Positions 13,193-23,490 of a stretch of DNA of 64,000 nt are shown one piece after another. The stretch is taken from assembly GCA_023334545.1 (NCBI GenBank), contig JAADVB010000006.1, positions 108,051 through 172,050 on the forward strand. Direction: 5' to 3'. This stretch comes from Salisapilia sapeloensis CBS 127946 (Eukaryota > Protista > Oomycota). Below the pieces are notes generated by a model. The model worked only from the letters and a program-made list of their open reading frames with translations, ran no database searches and had not been told where the DNA came from. The position numbers and the translations under genes were made by a program. Each line of letters begins with the position of its first letter. Within the stretch, counting starts at the first letter, position 1.

Positions 13193-13324
13193 TGCTATCA
13201 TATGAATGTCATTTAAACCCATTGCAGTTCTCCTTACCAAGCAGATTGTTCTCTACATCACGCGTTAGATTTCTATGGAGTAAGCGCTATCAGGTAGATG
13301 CCAAACATGCAGTTTATCATACGA

Positions 13325-14698
13325 TTAATTCTTTTCTCTGGCTCGATGTCTCTTTGTCAGCCGAACATTTACTTTATCTATCGCATCGGTTTTCATCGAC
13401 GGACTGTTCTCTGGGCCGCTGGTGTTCGTATCCATTGTAGCGAGCGCTTTTCGCTTCTTCGGGCTGCTATTCGCATGAGCTTTCTCCTCAAGAGCTTTGA
13501 TCTGGGACTGCATCATCGCTTCTTTAGCTCGGAAGGCCGCCTTGAGATCGGCAAGCTCCTGTTCAAGATCAGATACCTTGTTTTCCTTTTCCTCCAGTTT
13601 TTCGCTGAAAGCTTCTGCTAAGGTCTGTGTGACAGCTGATCGAAGGTTTCCCTCCGAAAGACTCTTGTGGATGTACTGCTCTGTTGCATTGTGCAGAGCA
13701 CTTAACGCAACGGAACTAACGCCCAATGAGAATTGCAATACATTGCGGAAGAGCTCGAGGAAAGCTGGTCGAGAAATCAAGTACTCGTTTCGTCTGTCCT
13801 CTTTGGATAGCAAGTCTTGGACTGCATCTTCATCATTAAGTTGGAAAAGACCTTGGAATTCAGTCCAAAGGTCTTCTTCTTCCATATCGGCTGCTGATTG
13901 TTCCTGGACAATATCAGTCGGTTCTTCCGGCTCATCACAGTCCGACAGATCGCCTTGGCCTGGAAGGGAGTCCATGAAGTCATCTTCAGTGCTTTCAGTA
14001 GAAACGGATAAGAGTTGCTCGTCCACCACATCTTGAGCAGATGATAATGAGTGGAGTAAAGCATCCCTAGATTCCTCGACTGCATCCTCCATCTTGTCAT
14101 CTTGTCCATCGTCGTCACTAAAGTCACTGTCATTCGACTCGTCGTCACTGTCTCCGAACCAAGACCACTCGCTTTCTTCATCTTGAACGTTTTCAACTTC
14201 TCCAGTTCTAGCTTGCCAGTTCTCGTAATTGCGGACGAAATCTGTCTTGGCGTACCGAGAAGCAGGCTCATTATCCGGCTCACCATTACTCTCTTGCCAC
14301 TGGTTATATATCAACGGAAGCTCCACCATCTCCGTCACATGATACAGTGTCTCTCGTCCACCACGTTGAATGGCACACATATCGTCGAAGCCATAGAGTT
14401 GAATGCCTTGAAGTCGACAAGCGCGAATAACATCATCAAGCGTAATGTGTGTCCTACTTCCATGTTGTGCCAGGACCAGCAGCGCCTGCACCAACTCCTG
14501 AATAAACGCCACAAGATGCTTTCTCGTACAAGTTGCCGTTGCTGCACAACTTTGGCGGAATCCAGCTCGGAGGTGGAATTTACGCATGAGCATATCAGGA
14601 AGTACCTTTTCGACCTCTCTCTGTCCATATTCACTTTCCTCTGCTACTTTCCGATTCGCATACACATCTCGTTGTCGCACGACATACCTCTCCATCAT
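13325..14698 (-). CDS. Tandem histone-fold-like protein: H4-like fold, acidic linker, truncated H3-like fold, coiled coil, NLS; ATG at 14698
   Basis: Single-exon ORF; nt 14602-14387 aligns without gaps to H4 I29-F100 (ends HITLDDVIRACRLQGIQLYGF vs [21 protein letters not shown]); nt 13780-13643 aligns to H3 L61-L109; SPKKRK NLS. By-eye alignment. Confidence 0.8.
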   Translation of the reverse strand: MMERYVVRQRDVYANRKVAEESEYGQREVEKVLPDMLMRKFHLRAGFRQSCAATATCTRKHLVAFIQELVQALLVLAQHGSRTHITLDDVIRACRLQGIQLYGFDDMCAIQRGGRETLYHVTEMVELPLIYNQWQESNGEPDNEPASRYAKTDFVRNYENWQARTGEVENVQDEESEWSWFGDSDDESNDSDFSDDDGQDDKMEDAVEESRDALLHSLSSAQDVVDEQLLSVSTESTEDDFMDSLPGQGDLSDCDEPEEPTDIVQEQSAADMEEEDLWTEFQGLFQLNDEDAVQDLLSKEDRRNEYLISRPAFLELFRNVLQFSLGVSSVALSALHNATEQYIHKSLSEGNLRSAVTQTLAEAFSEKLEEKENKVSDLEQELADLKAAFRAKEAMMQSQIKALEEKAHANSSPKKRKALATMDTNTSGPENSPSMKTDAIDKVNVRLTKRHRAREKN

Positions 14699-14726
14699 CT
14701 TCCAAGCAAAAGTCAAACTGAAGGCT

Positions 14727-14828
14727 TTCAAACTTTTTGGCGCGATATGTCCATTTTAATTATGTGCCATCTATCTTGTAAGAAGTATATAGTAGGTATA
14801 TTTTTATGATACAGCTTTAAGCGGGAAA
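14727..14828. promoter_or_regulatory. Divergent promoter with two E2F-type sites (TTTGGCGC 14736-14743; GCGGGAAA 14821-14828) and a CHR-type site (TTCAAA 14727-14732)
   Basis: Exact matches to TTTSSCGC in opposite orientations and to TTTGAA (minus strand) in the 159 nt between two start codons; function inferred from animal/plant consensus. Confidence 0.5.
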
Positions 14829-14857
14829 CTTATCGACCGGAACGGACCAGTAGGAAA

Positions 14858-16319
14858 ATGGAGGATGACGATTTAGACCAGCGAATTACGTTCTTGCTAC
14901 AGGAGATCGATGGTAACTTGTCTGCTGCACATCAAGCGGCGACACAGGTCTTTAGTAGCGTCCGACGGCATCACCAAGTGCTACGACAGATCCACTCGGC
15001 GACGCAGATCTGGCAGCCTCTTTTCGATGCCTGCAGAGGTCGTCAGCCCCCTCTACGTAGGCCTACGATGACACCGAGCAAGTATCCACACAGGACGTCT
15101 GCCGTCCATGTGAATAGCAATGCCGTGGAAGACGCGACGCCGGATGATTTAGACGGCACGTCTTTCGTACCGAATGCCGATGGCTTTAAAACCACCAAAT
15201 TACGCACGAGTGTGAATCAGAGCAATAGCGAGAGTGCAAATTCAAGTGCTGAGAGTGCAAAACTACCCAAGACGATGACACCGATCTTGCCAAAGAGTCC
15301 TGCTGGTAGACGTGCAAGACAGCAGCAGAACGAGTCCTCGACTTCGAACATTTTACATCATAATTGGGGCTCATTCTTGCGCACGGACGTTATTGATGTA
15401 CTTTTACCTACTACATTTCGTTATGTATGGAACTAATACGCTGCGGTAGGCTCAAGCAGCTACGCATACGGTCGGATCAGAGATTAGTAGTGTCGAGCAA
15501 GCGAGTCCTGGCGTCAATGTGAATCTGTCGGAAGTCGGAGCGTTTGAGCTGACACCGCATGACAAGTCTCGTCGTGCTGGTTCCCAGCCTGTTGCTTCGA
15601 ATGCAGACACGTCCAAGTCACCGAATAGGCAGAGTATGTCGCCACGAGTACGAATGGACGGATCGCATCGAAAGCGACAGAGACGCCTATCGGACGATCC
15701 TTCGACGCCGAAGAAGCGACATACGATGGGCAGAACAGCTTCACCGAATTTACGTCGAAAGTATGGCGCCGCACAGCAGGCGACGCCACCGAGATTCCAT
15801 AAAGCGAGGATGTCTGCACCAGAGCAGAATTCGACCAGTACAGACGCGAATGTCGAGATGACGTCACCTCTGCTTCGAACGACATTGAAAGGGATGGGGA
15901 GGAATACGCCATTGTCGAACCGAATCGCCGGTGCGACGTATGACGCCGGGTCTGCGTCGCAAGAGAGTAGGCTACAAGAGTACGACTCTTCCTTTTCTAC
16001 AGGCATGCCGCCTCCAGAGTTTACCTTGTCTCAATTCCCACCTTCGTTCCAGGTACATTGATGCATTATCTTAAAGAGATCTAGTAGCTCATGCATGACA
16101 TAGCAAGGGAAGAGTGCAGTGGCCTTGTCGACGTTGTATAGCAAGTTCCAGGGCAATGACGATGCATCTCGACCTGCTTTGTCCGTTCCGGAACTGATCG
16201 AGTCGATGCCGGATGAAGGAGAAGAGAAGATTGAGATCATGCTTGACTTGCTCGTCTCGCGGCGCTTCTTGCGTGCTTTTACGGTCGAAGGACGAATGTA
16301 CTGGCAAGCGTCTGTATGA
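14858..16319 (+). CDS. ASK1: DASH/Dam1 complex subunit Ask1-like protein with disordered S/T-P-rich middle and C-terminal winged-helix-like domain; introns ~15399-15450 and ~16052-16103
   Basis: N-terminal LDQRITFLLQEIDGNLSAAH..WQPLF closely resembles yeast Ask1 LDQEITVNLQKIDSNLS; three ORFs join in frame through GT-AG introns. Confidence 0.75.
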
Positions 16320-16393
16320 CAGTTGCAAAGTTAATAAACCGGTTTAAGTTTCCTCCTCTAGTATTTTCCTTTGGTGGTGACTGGTAGAGGTAC

Positions 16394-18260
16394 ATGGCTT
16401 TGGAAGCCGACGGACGTGAACTTTCTACATCAAGGATGATTTAGGCATGTAGTGTCCAATAAATAACGTAGATGGATCTGCTGTAGACTAGTGGTAGAGT
16501 CTAGGAATGCAAGCAGATACAGACTAGAACGCAAAGGTAGATAAATTACTCGCTACTGAAAGTACCAAGTGCTGTATTCATTGCCGAGAAGGCATATCGG
16601 AGGCAGTATTGAAAGTTCGTTAACAATCCGATGCCATGTCGCATCCTACTTGCGGTCCCATTGTTGCAATGGGACATTGGAGAGCAGTTGCTGGGGCTCA
16701 TTTGGTGAGAACAAAGTATCGTTTAACAAGTTGCAATGGGCAGGTATCTGGTACACTTGACAGCTGGGATGCAACGATAACAAGTATCCCACAGCTGATC
16801 CTTTGGATCCCAATTGGAAGTTGAATTATATCTTTACGCAAAGAAGAGAGAGTATCGCACATTCCGACCATAAGCCAGAGTGTGGCTTTCAGTCATTTGA
16901 GGATCGTGGAAATACATCGAGATTACTACAAGTTGATGAAGGTGCGCTAATAGAAGAAGATCGAGTTATAATCACTGATGTTCAGTTTAGTTTTGATGTG
17001 TCAAAGCCTTGCTCTCTCGGGGTGATTCATTTGCATCGTCAAAGTTAGAGGCAGTGCAAACCAAGAGGATTTGATACACCACCTGGTTACGTGCATCCCG
17101 AAGTCGGCAGTTTCCACACCTTCGACACCACGTGAAGCATCCTTAGTGGAAGCTGTTATAAAGCTCCTTGATAGCAGCAGAACCCTTTACAACAGCACTA
17201 GTTCTGCATCATGATGCCTGCATTAGAGGTAAGGATTACCAGTAGAGAAGGAATTCAGAGCATCCTTCTATAGTTGCATGAATTGATGTATGTCATCAAT
17301 TCCATCCTTGTTAAAGAATCAGACAACAACAGTGAAGAGCTGGAAGTTCAGCGATGAATAGAGAGCAGCGGCTGATCGGAGTGGGTCCGATGTCTTCGAC
17401 GATGCGGATCATCTGCAGGCTGTCAACTATAATCCAAATCAATATCGCACGCTTTGCATCTCTTAGTGACTTTTCAGTTTTATAAAAGTGCATACGGGCG
17501 ACTCAACTACAGCTCTCGCTGCCTATCTCAAGCTTCCATCATGGAGGAAAATGAGGAATTGTCTTGTCTAGTAACTCGGATATTGCATGACTTGGTCGTC
17601 ATTTGGCGTCCACTGCAACAGCAGACATCACGTACTGGTAGAGAGTACGCAATCAGGATACTTTCGCACACGCTTGGAAGGAAGGTAAACTTATCAAGCC
17701 ACATTCACGACGCATATGCCTAGATATCTAGAGGCTGGTGCATCGACCTTTCGCTGAGTACGTCATCAAATCAGCAATGAGAGACGATTGAATGGAAACT
17801 TGGCGCCAGTCTATTGATTCCCGGTCTCTCTCTCTGTTGTCAAACGTTCACAAGCGTTTGAAAATGAGACAAAGAGCACCATGAAATATATGGGATGAAC
17901 ATACGTCTGTAGCATTAGTTGAAGTGACGAATGGAAAGTTGATCGAAGAAAAGTAGCCACTTGGAAATGTTTAAGATGGGAATCTAATTCCGTCGTACGT
18001 ATCCTATGCTCGACGACCAGAGCTGAGAAAAACACAACAGGTTCGCAGACTCAATCTCCCATCTAGGTTGAATCGTCGACATGACCTTATGCGAACACAC
18101 GTAGCTCTTCAGACATCGGTCATCGCATCGTGCTAGAATTCATCAACACGCTTAGTATACTTTATTCCAATAGATCTGCTCTTCATTCTCTCGCGTCTCT
18201 CCTCTCAAGAACAAGTAAACGAACGTGCTGGTTAAAATGGAGTTATTGCCTTTCATTGTA
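16394..18260 (+). pseudogene. Probable decayed multi-exon gene of unknown identity
   Basis: GT-AG introns (17229-17273, 17685-17730, ~17997-18040) flank protein-like frames; 17731-17994 reads in one frame with four internal stops. Confidence 0.5.
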
Positions 18261-18405
18261 ATGTACTTTGTGCCTACGAACTTGCCCTCCTGTATCCCTT
18301 TTCTACACGACCACCACCGGATCGAACGAAGCAAGTAAAAGTGAAAAACAAGTAAAAAATGAATCAAAAATGCCTCTAAGAAGAAAGTCAATGCGTCAAC
18401 CTGGA

Positions 18406-20645
18406 TCAAAACTCGCCCGATCGATCATACCCGGGCCACGATCCGCTACTTGAATTGCGCTGAGGAGGCATTGGCGGAGGAGACGACCTAGGACGAGCAC
18501 CAGGCGCTTCCATGCCCCTTTGGTACCTGAAGTTTGGCTGCATCGGCGGTGGCGCAGTAGGGTAGTAAGGCTGCTGGCTCATGGACCTCTGGAACGGTAG
18601 TTGCTGCTGAGTCGTCTGGTGAGGAGAAAACGTGTTCGGATGGAAAGAGTACGAAGGTGTCTGCTGTATGCTCGGCGAGGACTGCGACGGATGGAATGGA
18701 GGCGTGAAACTTGATGGTTGCTGAGCTGGCTGCGACTGGGATGGCTGCTGTGGCTGGTACTGTTGCGGCTGTTGAAGTAGCTTATCTAGGCCGGATCCAG
18801 GCGGTGGCGGGCGACCAGATGCCATAGCACTGATCTGCGCAGACCATTCGAGCGTATTGCTTTCAACCGTACGCAAGTCGTCATCTCCATGAGCGAATCG
18901 ACATTCGTCCTTAGTGTAGTTGCAACATCCTTTCAGATAGTAATAGCACAACTCCGTCTTGTAGCTCTGCACTCTTGCAGTTGCATTCGGCAGCAACGCA
19001 CTCGGATTAAACACCGGCGTACTTTCACGCATATCACTTTCACCATGAGCTAGCGGACAATCTCGACGAGATTTCGTACAAGTACCTTCCATATATTGTG
19101 GACACAAGCGCGTCTTGTAGCCAGCAGACGTTGGAGATCGAGACGATGAACGTGCGAGATCGCTCTCACCATGTGCAAAAGCGCAAGTACGTCGCGTCTT
19201 GTTGCATTTGCCTTGGAGGTAGTAGACACAGAGCTCTGTCTTCCAGTTGACCGAGCCTGGTGATGGAGCCGAAGTGCTTTGACGCAAAGCTGCTTTCTCC
19301 AAGCTACTCGTAGGGGATCCGGACGTCAGATCAATGTCTTTCGATTTGCTCGGATTGCAGGACGGGTGTTCATTCAGGATAAAATCAATGGCAGCAGGCA
19401 CTTTGCCATTGGCATTCCGTAAGATCGTCTCGAGCTCTGACACGGAGATCGAGTCAAAGACTTCGGCCATGACTGCCAACGTGATGGGCGCAACCGTCTT
19501 GGACACATCCTGCATCGACGCCACTTTGCTTTCGGCCTCTGGCTGGTCCGAATCACCTGGTGCGTTTCGACGGACAGACGAGACGACCTGTTTACATCGA
19601 GGACACTCGTTACTGGCCTCTCGCTCGTGCTTACTACACAACGAGTGGCCGCAAGGAACGCAGTGAGCTACTGGATTCGACTCACAGTTCGCACAGCGCT
19701 CGGACGTCGCTAGATCGAGACTTTCAAGCGACTTGCCGCCGCTTCTCGGCGTCGTTTGAGGCGAGTCCAACAAGGCTGACGGCAAAAGACCACCAAACTG
19801 CCCTCCGGAACCATGAAAGCCGAGTTCATCCCCCTGAGAAGAACGAGTGAAGGAAGAGAAGAAGCGGTTGGACGTATCTGTGGATGATCCCCAGGGATCT
19901 GACTCGAGAACTGGCGAGCGCGAGACTTCGGATCCACTTCCGCCCTTGACCTCAAGTTCCTGCACCTGCTTCTTCGTATCAATGTGCTGTAATCGTTCAT
20001 CTACAAGCGTATTTCGTAGTTTTTTGGACAAGAGCGCGTAGACTTCCTGTCGTTCTCGCGCGACGCGTTGCTCGGCTACCAAGTCGTCATGACTCTGCTG
20101 CATGTCAGCTTCTCGACGGCGTACCGCTTGGAGCTGCTGTACTACGACGCGGAGATCGTCTGAACCAGTCGTTACGGCGCCTGTCTGCTTTTGCATTGAC
20201 ATAGGCTGGGCATTCACCGATATACCGAACGGACAAGTTAGCAAAAGGGTATAGGACGGAAGATATTGAGCACGATACCTCGGTTGGTGGGTCTATTTCA
20301 AACTCCTGATTGACAATCGACACGGCCTAGAAGATGATCGCAAGAAGCAGCGAGATGGATGGAGCAATGGCAGGTGAAGGTGGGATGACACAGTCAAGGG
20401 ATGACATTTGATCGAGAGACAAAGACATAAGTATGTTAGTCATCTTGTCAAGATGGACTGTGCATTCCGTATTGCGAATGCAATGACGTACAAGCACAGT
20501 GTCTAGAAGGCTTTACAGAGGGTAGACGTACCTGGTCAAGTGAGATACACAAGTGATCTTGCAATTGATTTAGGAGGCGGCGAGCGTAGAGCTGCATGCG
20601 GTCTTGATTGCGTCCCGTGCCACCGGAGTCGACATTCTGCTCCAT
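18406..20645 (-). CDS. Coiled coil, RING-like, CUE-like and three CCCH zinc fingers with Q/P-rich tail; two predicted upstream exons (20645-20532, 20326-20282)
   Basis: Three C-x8-C-x5-C-x3-H fingers with WKTELC/YKTRLC/YKTELC lead-ins; CANC..PCGHSLCSKH..CPRC; CUE-like MAEVFDSISVSELETILRNANGKVPAAIDFIL; upstream exons from GT-AG junctions. Confidence 0.85.
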
Positions 20646-21678
20646 GACGATGACTGCCCTGCTTTCGTCGCACTCGTCTGCGTGTCCTTTGCTAGTGCGT
20701 TCGAGTCGCTTGTGCGCGAAGTAGGGACGGAAGAGGCTAGAGTGAGTTTGACGCTTCCGGACGTTTTGCACCAAAGCGTATTTGGCTGGCTCTTCTGCCG
20801 ATTATATCGCTTTTCAGTATCAATTTCGACAAGAAAAAGTGGTGGAGGGAGGTTCGATAGGTGCTGCGTCGGCGGGGGCCTAGCCTCAGTCGAATGGTGT
20901 AGCGTGTAATTTACGTCCTTGTGGTCGACGATCGGAAAACTAAAAATGTGGCAAATGGATTTTAACAGGTGCACCGAGGTAGCTGACTGGTCTCGAGCGA
21001 CGATATGCGGATTACCGATCGCAGGGTCAACTCGGTTATATTTCAACGTCTTTCCGACCCCTGCGCGAGAAAACGGCCGAGGAAAGTGGCTTGGGCTCGG
21101 GGATGCGGGAACGAAGGTGGACCTGGCCTAGGCGTTCTTGTCCGACAGGATGTGGAAGTCGGCGAGAGATAAGACGTCGGAGGAAACGACCATTGCATAG
21201 TTGTACATCCACAATCCTGGGAAAAAAGAACTGTAGGATCAGGTCTCGAGCTTCTCCCGTCGAATCGAATTGAAGTTAGATAGGGATCCTCATGTCAAAT
21301 GGATGGTAGACACGAGGATTCTCCATGCGACAAGTGTCTTGTATCAACCTTCCCGGGAAACATCAAGCCAATCTACACATTGTCTGTAGACAGGACACCA
21401 AACCAGACTCTATGGCAACGATAGGCAAGACGAAAAAAGCAACGCCGAACTTTTATCCATGAAAAGTCATCACATCTAAAAGTGGGTTCGAATGCACCTC
21501 TTCAGCAGTGGGTACAGTCAACCGTAAACTCTAGCTTTCAGATCACTGACTCAACCGACAGCATACACGTCGTATGACGAAAGAGAAACAATCAACAATT
21601 TCTTTTTTCTTTCTCAAGCAAACTGTATTTGCTTATTCTTTCAAACCGAAAATGTCCTCGAACGAGTGCGTAGCGAAC

Positions 21679-22812
21679 TTACAAGAGCTTCTTGATGAAC
21701 TTGTTGATCTCCGCGCCACGGTTACCAGCGTCACCGCCTTCGACGAAGTGGCACGTCTTCTGACGGTAACCACCGTTCGGGGAAGACATCTTGAACGGCC
21801 AGAGGAAGTTGGCGGCCTTCTTGAAGTTCGGGCCAACCGTGTAGATCTCGTGGATCAAGTCCTCGACACAGATGATGCCGTACTGGCCGAGCGCCTTCTC
21901 GATGATCTGGTTGTCCGTCAACGGGATGCGCTGGGAGTCGACCTTGCCGTATCCGCGCTTGTAGATGAGCTCACGGACCGACTTGAGGTTCGGGACACCG
22001 TACGTGACGTACGGCTCGACCAGACGGAGCATGTTGATCGTGGCCTTGTTGAGCTTCACGAAGACACCGTTGTGGATCTGACGAAGACGGAGGAGATCCA
22101 AGATCTTGCGGACCTTCGGGGACACACCGATGATACCACGGATACGAACCACGAAGGCGATCTTGGCTTCCGGAGCAACGTAGAGGTTGCCAGAAGTCTT
22201 AGCCTGACGGCGCAGAGAGATGTTCTGACGCTCAATCTGTAGGAAGGAGAGATTAAGTACATATACGGCAGCTGTGATGTCGGATGAGAGATATTTACCT
22301 GGCGGTACTCCTTCACATACTTCTCAGCACTGTGGAAGATGATCTTGCGGACCTCGTTACGGTGCTTGCGGTCGGCGACGGCCTTGGCCTGACGGTCAGC
22401 CTTGACCTTCTCCATGGTGCGGCGCTTCTTGAGCACCGACTCCGGCACGAGACTGTAGGAAAAGAATGAAATTAGCAACGGGATGCATGTACAAGTGGGA
22501 GGGTTGGGAGGAAAGAGACTCCTTGGCCCATTCCAACGTCCTCTATTCACACCCGTCAGAGATGTATTTCAGCGGAGTAGTTTTGCAACTACACTCGCCA
22601 CAATCCTCCACCTTGTTGCTGGTTCACAGGAAGCAGTACAATGGGAGATGTAAGAACGATCGATTGATCATGTCCTACAAATGTATTTCAAGAGAAAAAA
22701 GGTGGAGCATTCCATTCGAATCGAACAAACGTCACTTTTTACTCTCACAATCCACCAGCACAAGAAACGTACGATACGAACTTAGTGCGTGGTGAGGACT
22801 CCGTCGTGTCAT
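21679..22812 (-). CDS. RPL7: 60S ribosomal protein L7 (uL30); introns ~22239-22298 and a long first intron ~22467-22777; start codon uncertain
   Basis: [95 protein letters not shown]; strong codon bias. Confidence 0.97.
22562..22690 (-). ncRNA. Candidate structured RNA element (three hairpins between 10-nt direct repeats) in the long RPL7 intron
   Basis: Sense-strand hairpins incl. GTAGTT-GCAA-AACTAC (GNRA loop) and TGTAGGA...TCTTACA; TGAAATACAT occurs at both ends; no canonical C/D or H/ACA box set. Confidence 0.35.
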
Positions 22813-23055
22813 TGACAGGACGATCGGAATGGATCCGAAAGTTTGGCCAGATTAAAATGTTCCTGGCGGTCTTCACTCCTCCGTCTTCTCCCATGAGATG
22901 AAAGACACATACACTTTGTTGTCTTTAGACGTCGGGGCCATCGCGATTGCTTGGTTCCTACTTTCGGTTTGAAGAGTGAGCTAAGTGCCATCGACCGTGC
23001 TCGAATTGACGCCAACCATTAATTTCAGCCAATCCTTTACCCTATTAAAAAATTG

Positions 23056-23490
23056 CTACCAATCAAAAAGTATAAAATATTTGGTACATGGGTGGCACGA
23101 TGGACACAGTAATCGACAAGGAATCATGGCTGGATCCTCGCTGCTGCTGTCGGTAGGATTGATCGGCCTGGGTTTCATACTGGGTAGAGCTCCACTCGTG
23201 TCCATTGCGTTGGAGATCCATGAGGAGCTCCTCCAGCTGCCACCAGTACGCAAGGTGCGCATGTGACATATAAGTAGATATAATTGCCAATTCCACGAGA
23301 CTGACCACCTCGTAGGGCGGTATACTTGCTATGATTGCATTCATGGTGTTCATTTACGTCATATTTATCCTCCTCCCACTTCGATGGATCGCTACGGACG
23401 TAAGATAAACTACATAAACGTCTTAAGAGTACAAAGAGCTCAGACATGTTCAGATCGCAGACCGCGATGACGACGCCACAACTTCCACAT
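23056..23490 (-). other. Possible small spliced gene or gene remnant, unresolved
   Basis: Short protein-like frames (DPSKWEEDKYDVNEHHECNHSKYTALR) and candidate splice sites, but no consistent exon chain could be built. Confidence 0.25.

Noticed and set aside
14102-14809. 235-aa plus-strand ORF opposite the histone-fold gene
   Set aside because: Composition is the complement of acidic codons; no motif.
17731-17994. Stop-codon reassignment to explain in-frame stops
   Set aside because: TAA, TAG and TGA all terminate conserved genes in this window.
20570-21273. ORFs 20570-21046, 20604-20909, 20919-21131, 21091-21273
   Set aside because: Better explained as promoter, 5' UTR and first exon of the CCCH gene; no motifs.
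21481-21500. gggttcgaatgc, resembling a tRNA T-loop
   Set aside because: T-stem does not pair; no acceptor stem, D-arm or anticodon arm.
21574-22242. 222-aa plus-strand ORF opposite RPL7
   Set aside because: Antisense mirror of a highly biased ribosomal-protein CDS.
22557-22673. Canonical C/D snoRNA in the RPL7 intron (ATGATCA...CTGA)
   Set aside because: Box C has a mismatch, no terminal stem, no room for C' between the two CTGA, and no recognisable rRNA guide; kept only as a generic structured element.
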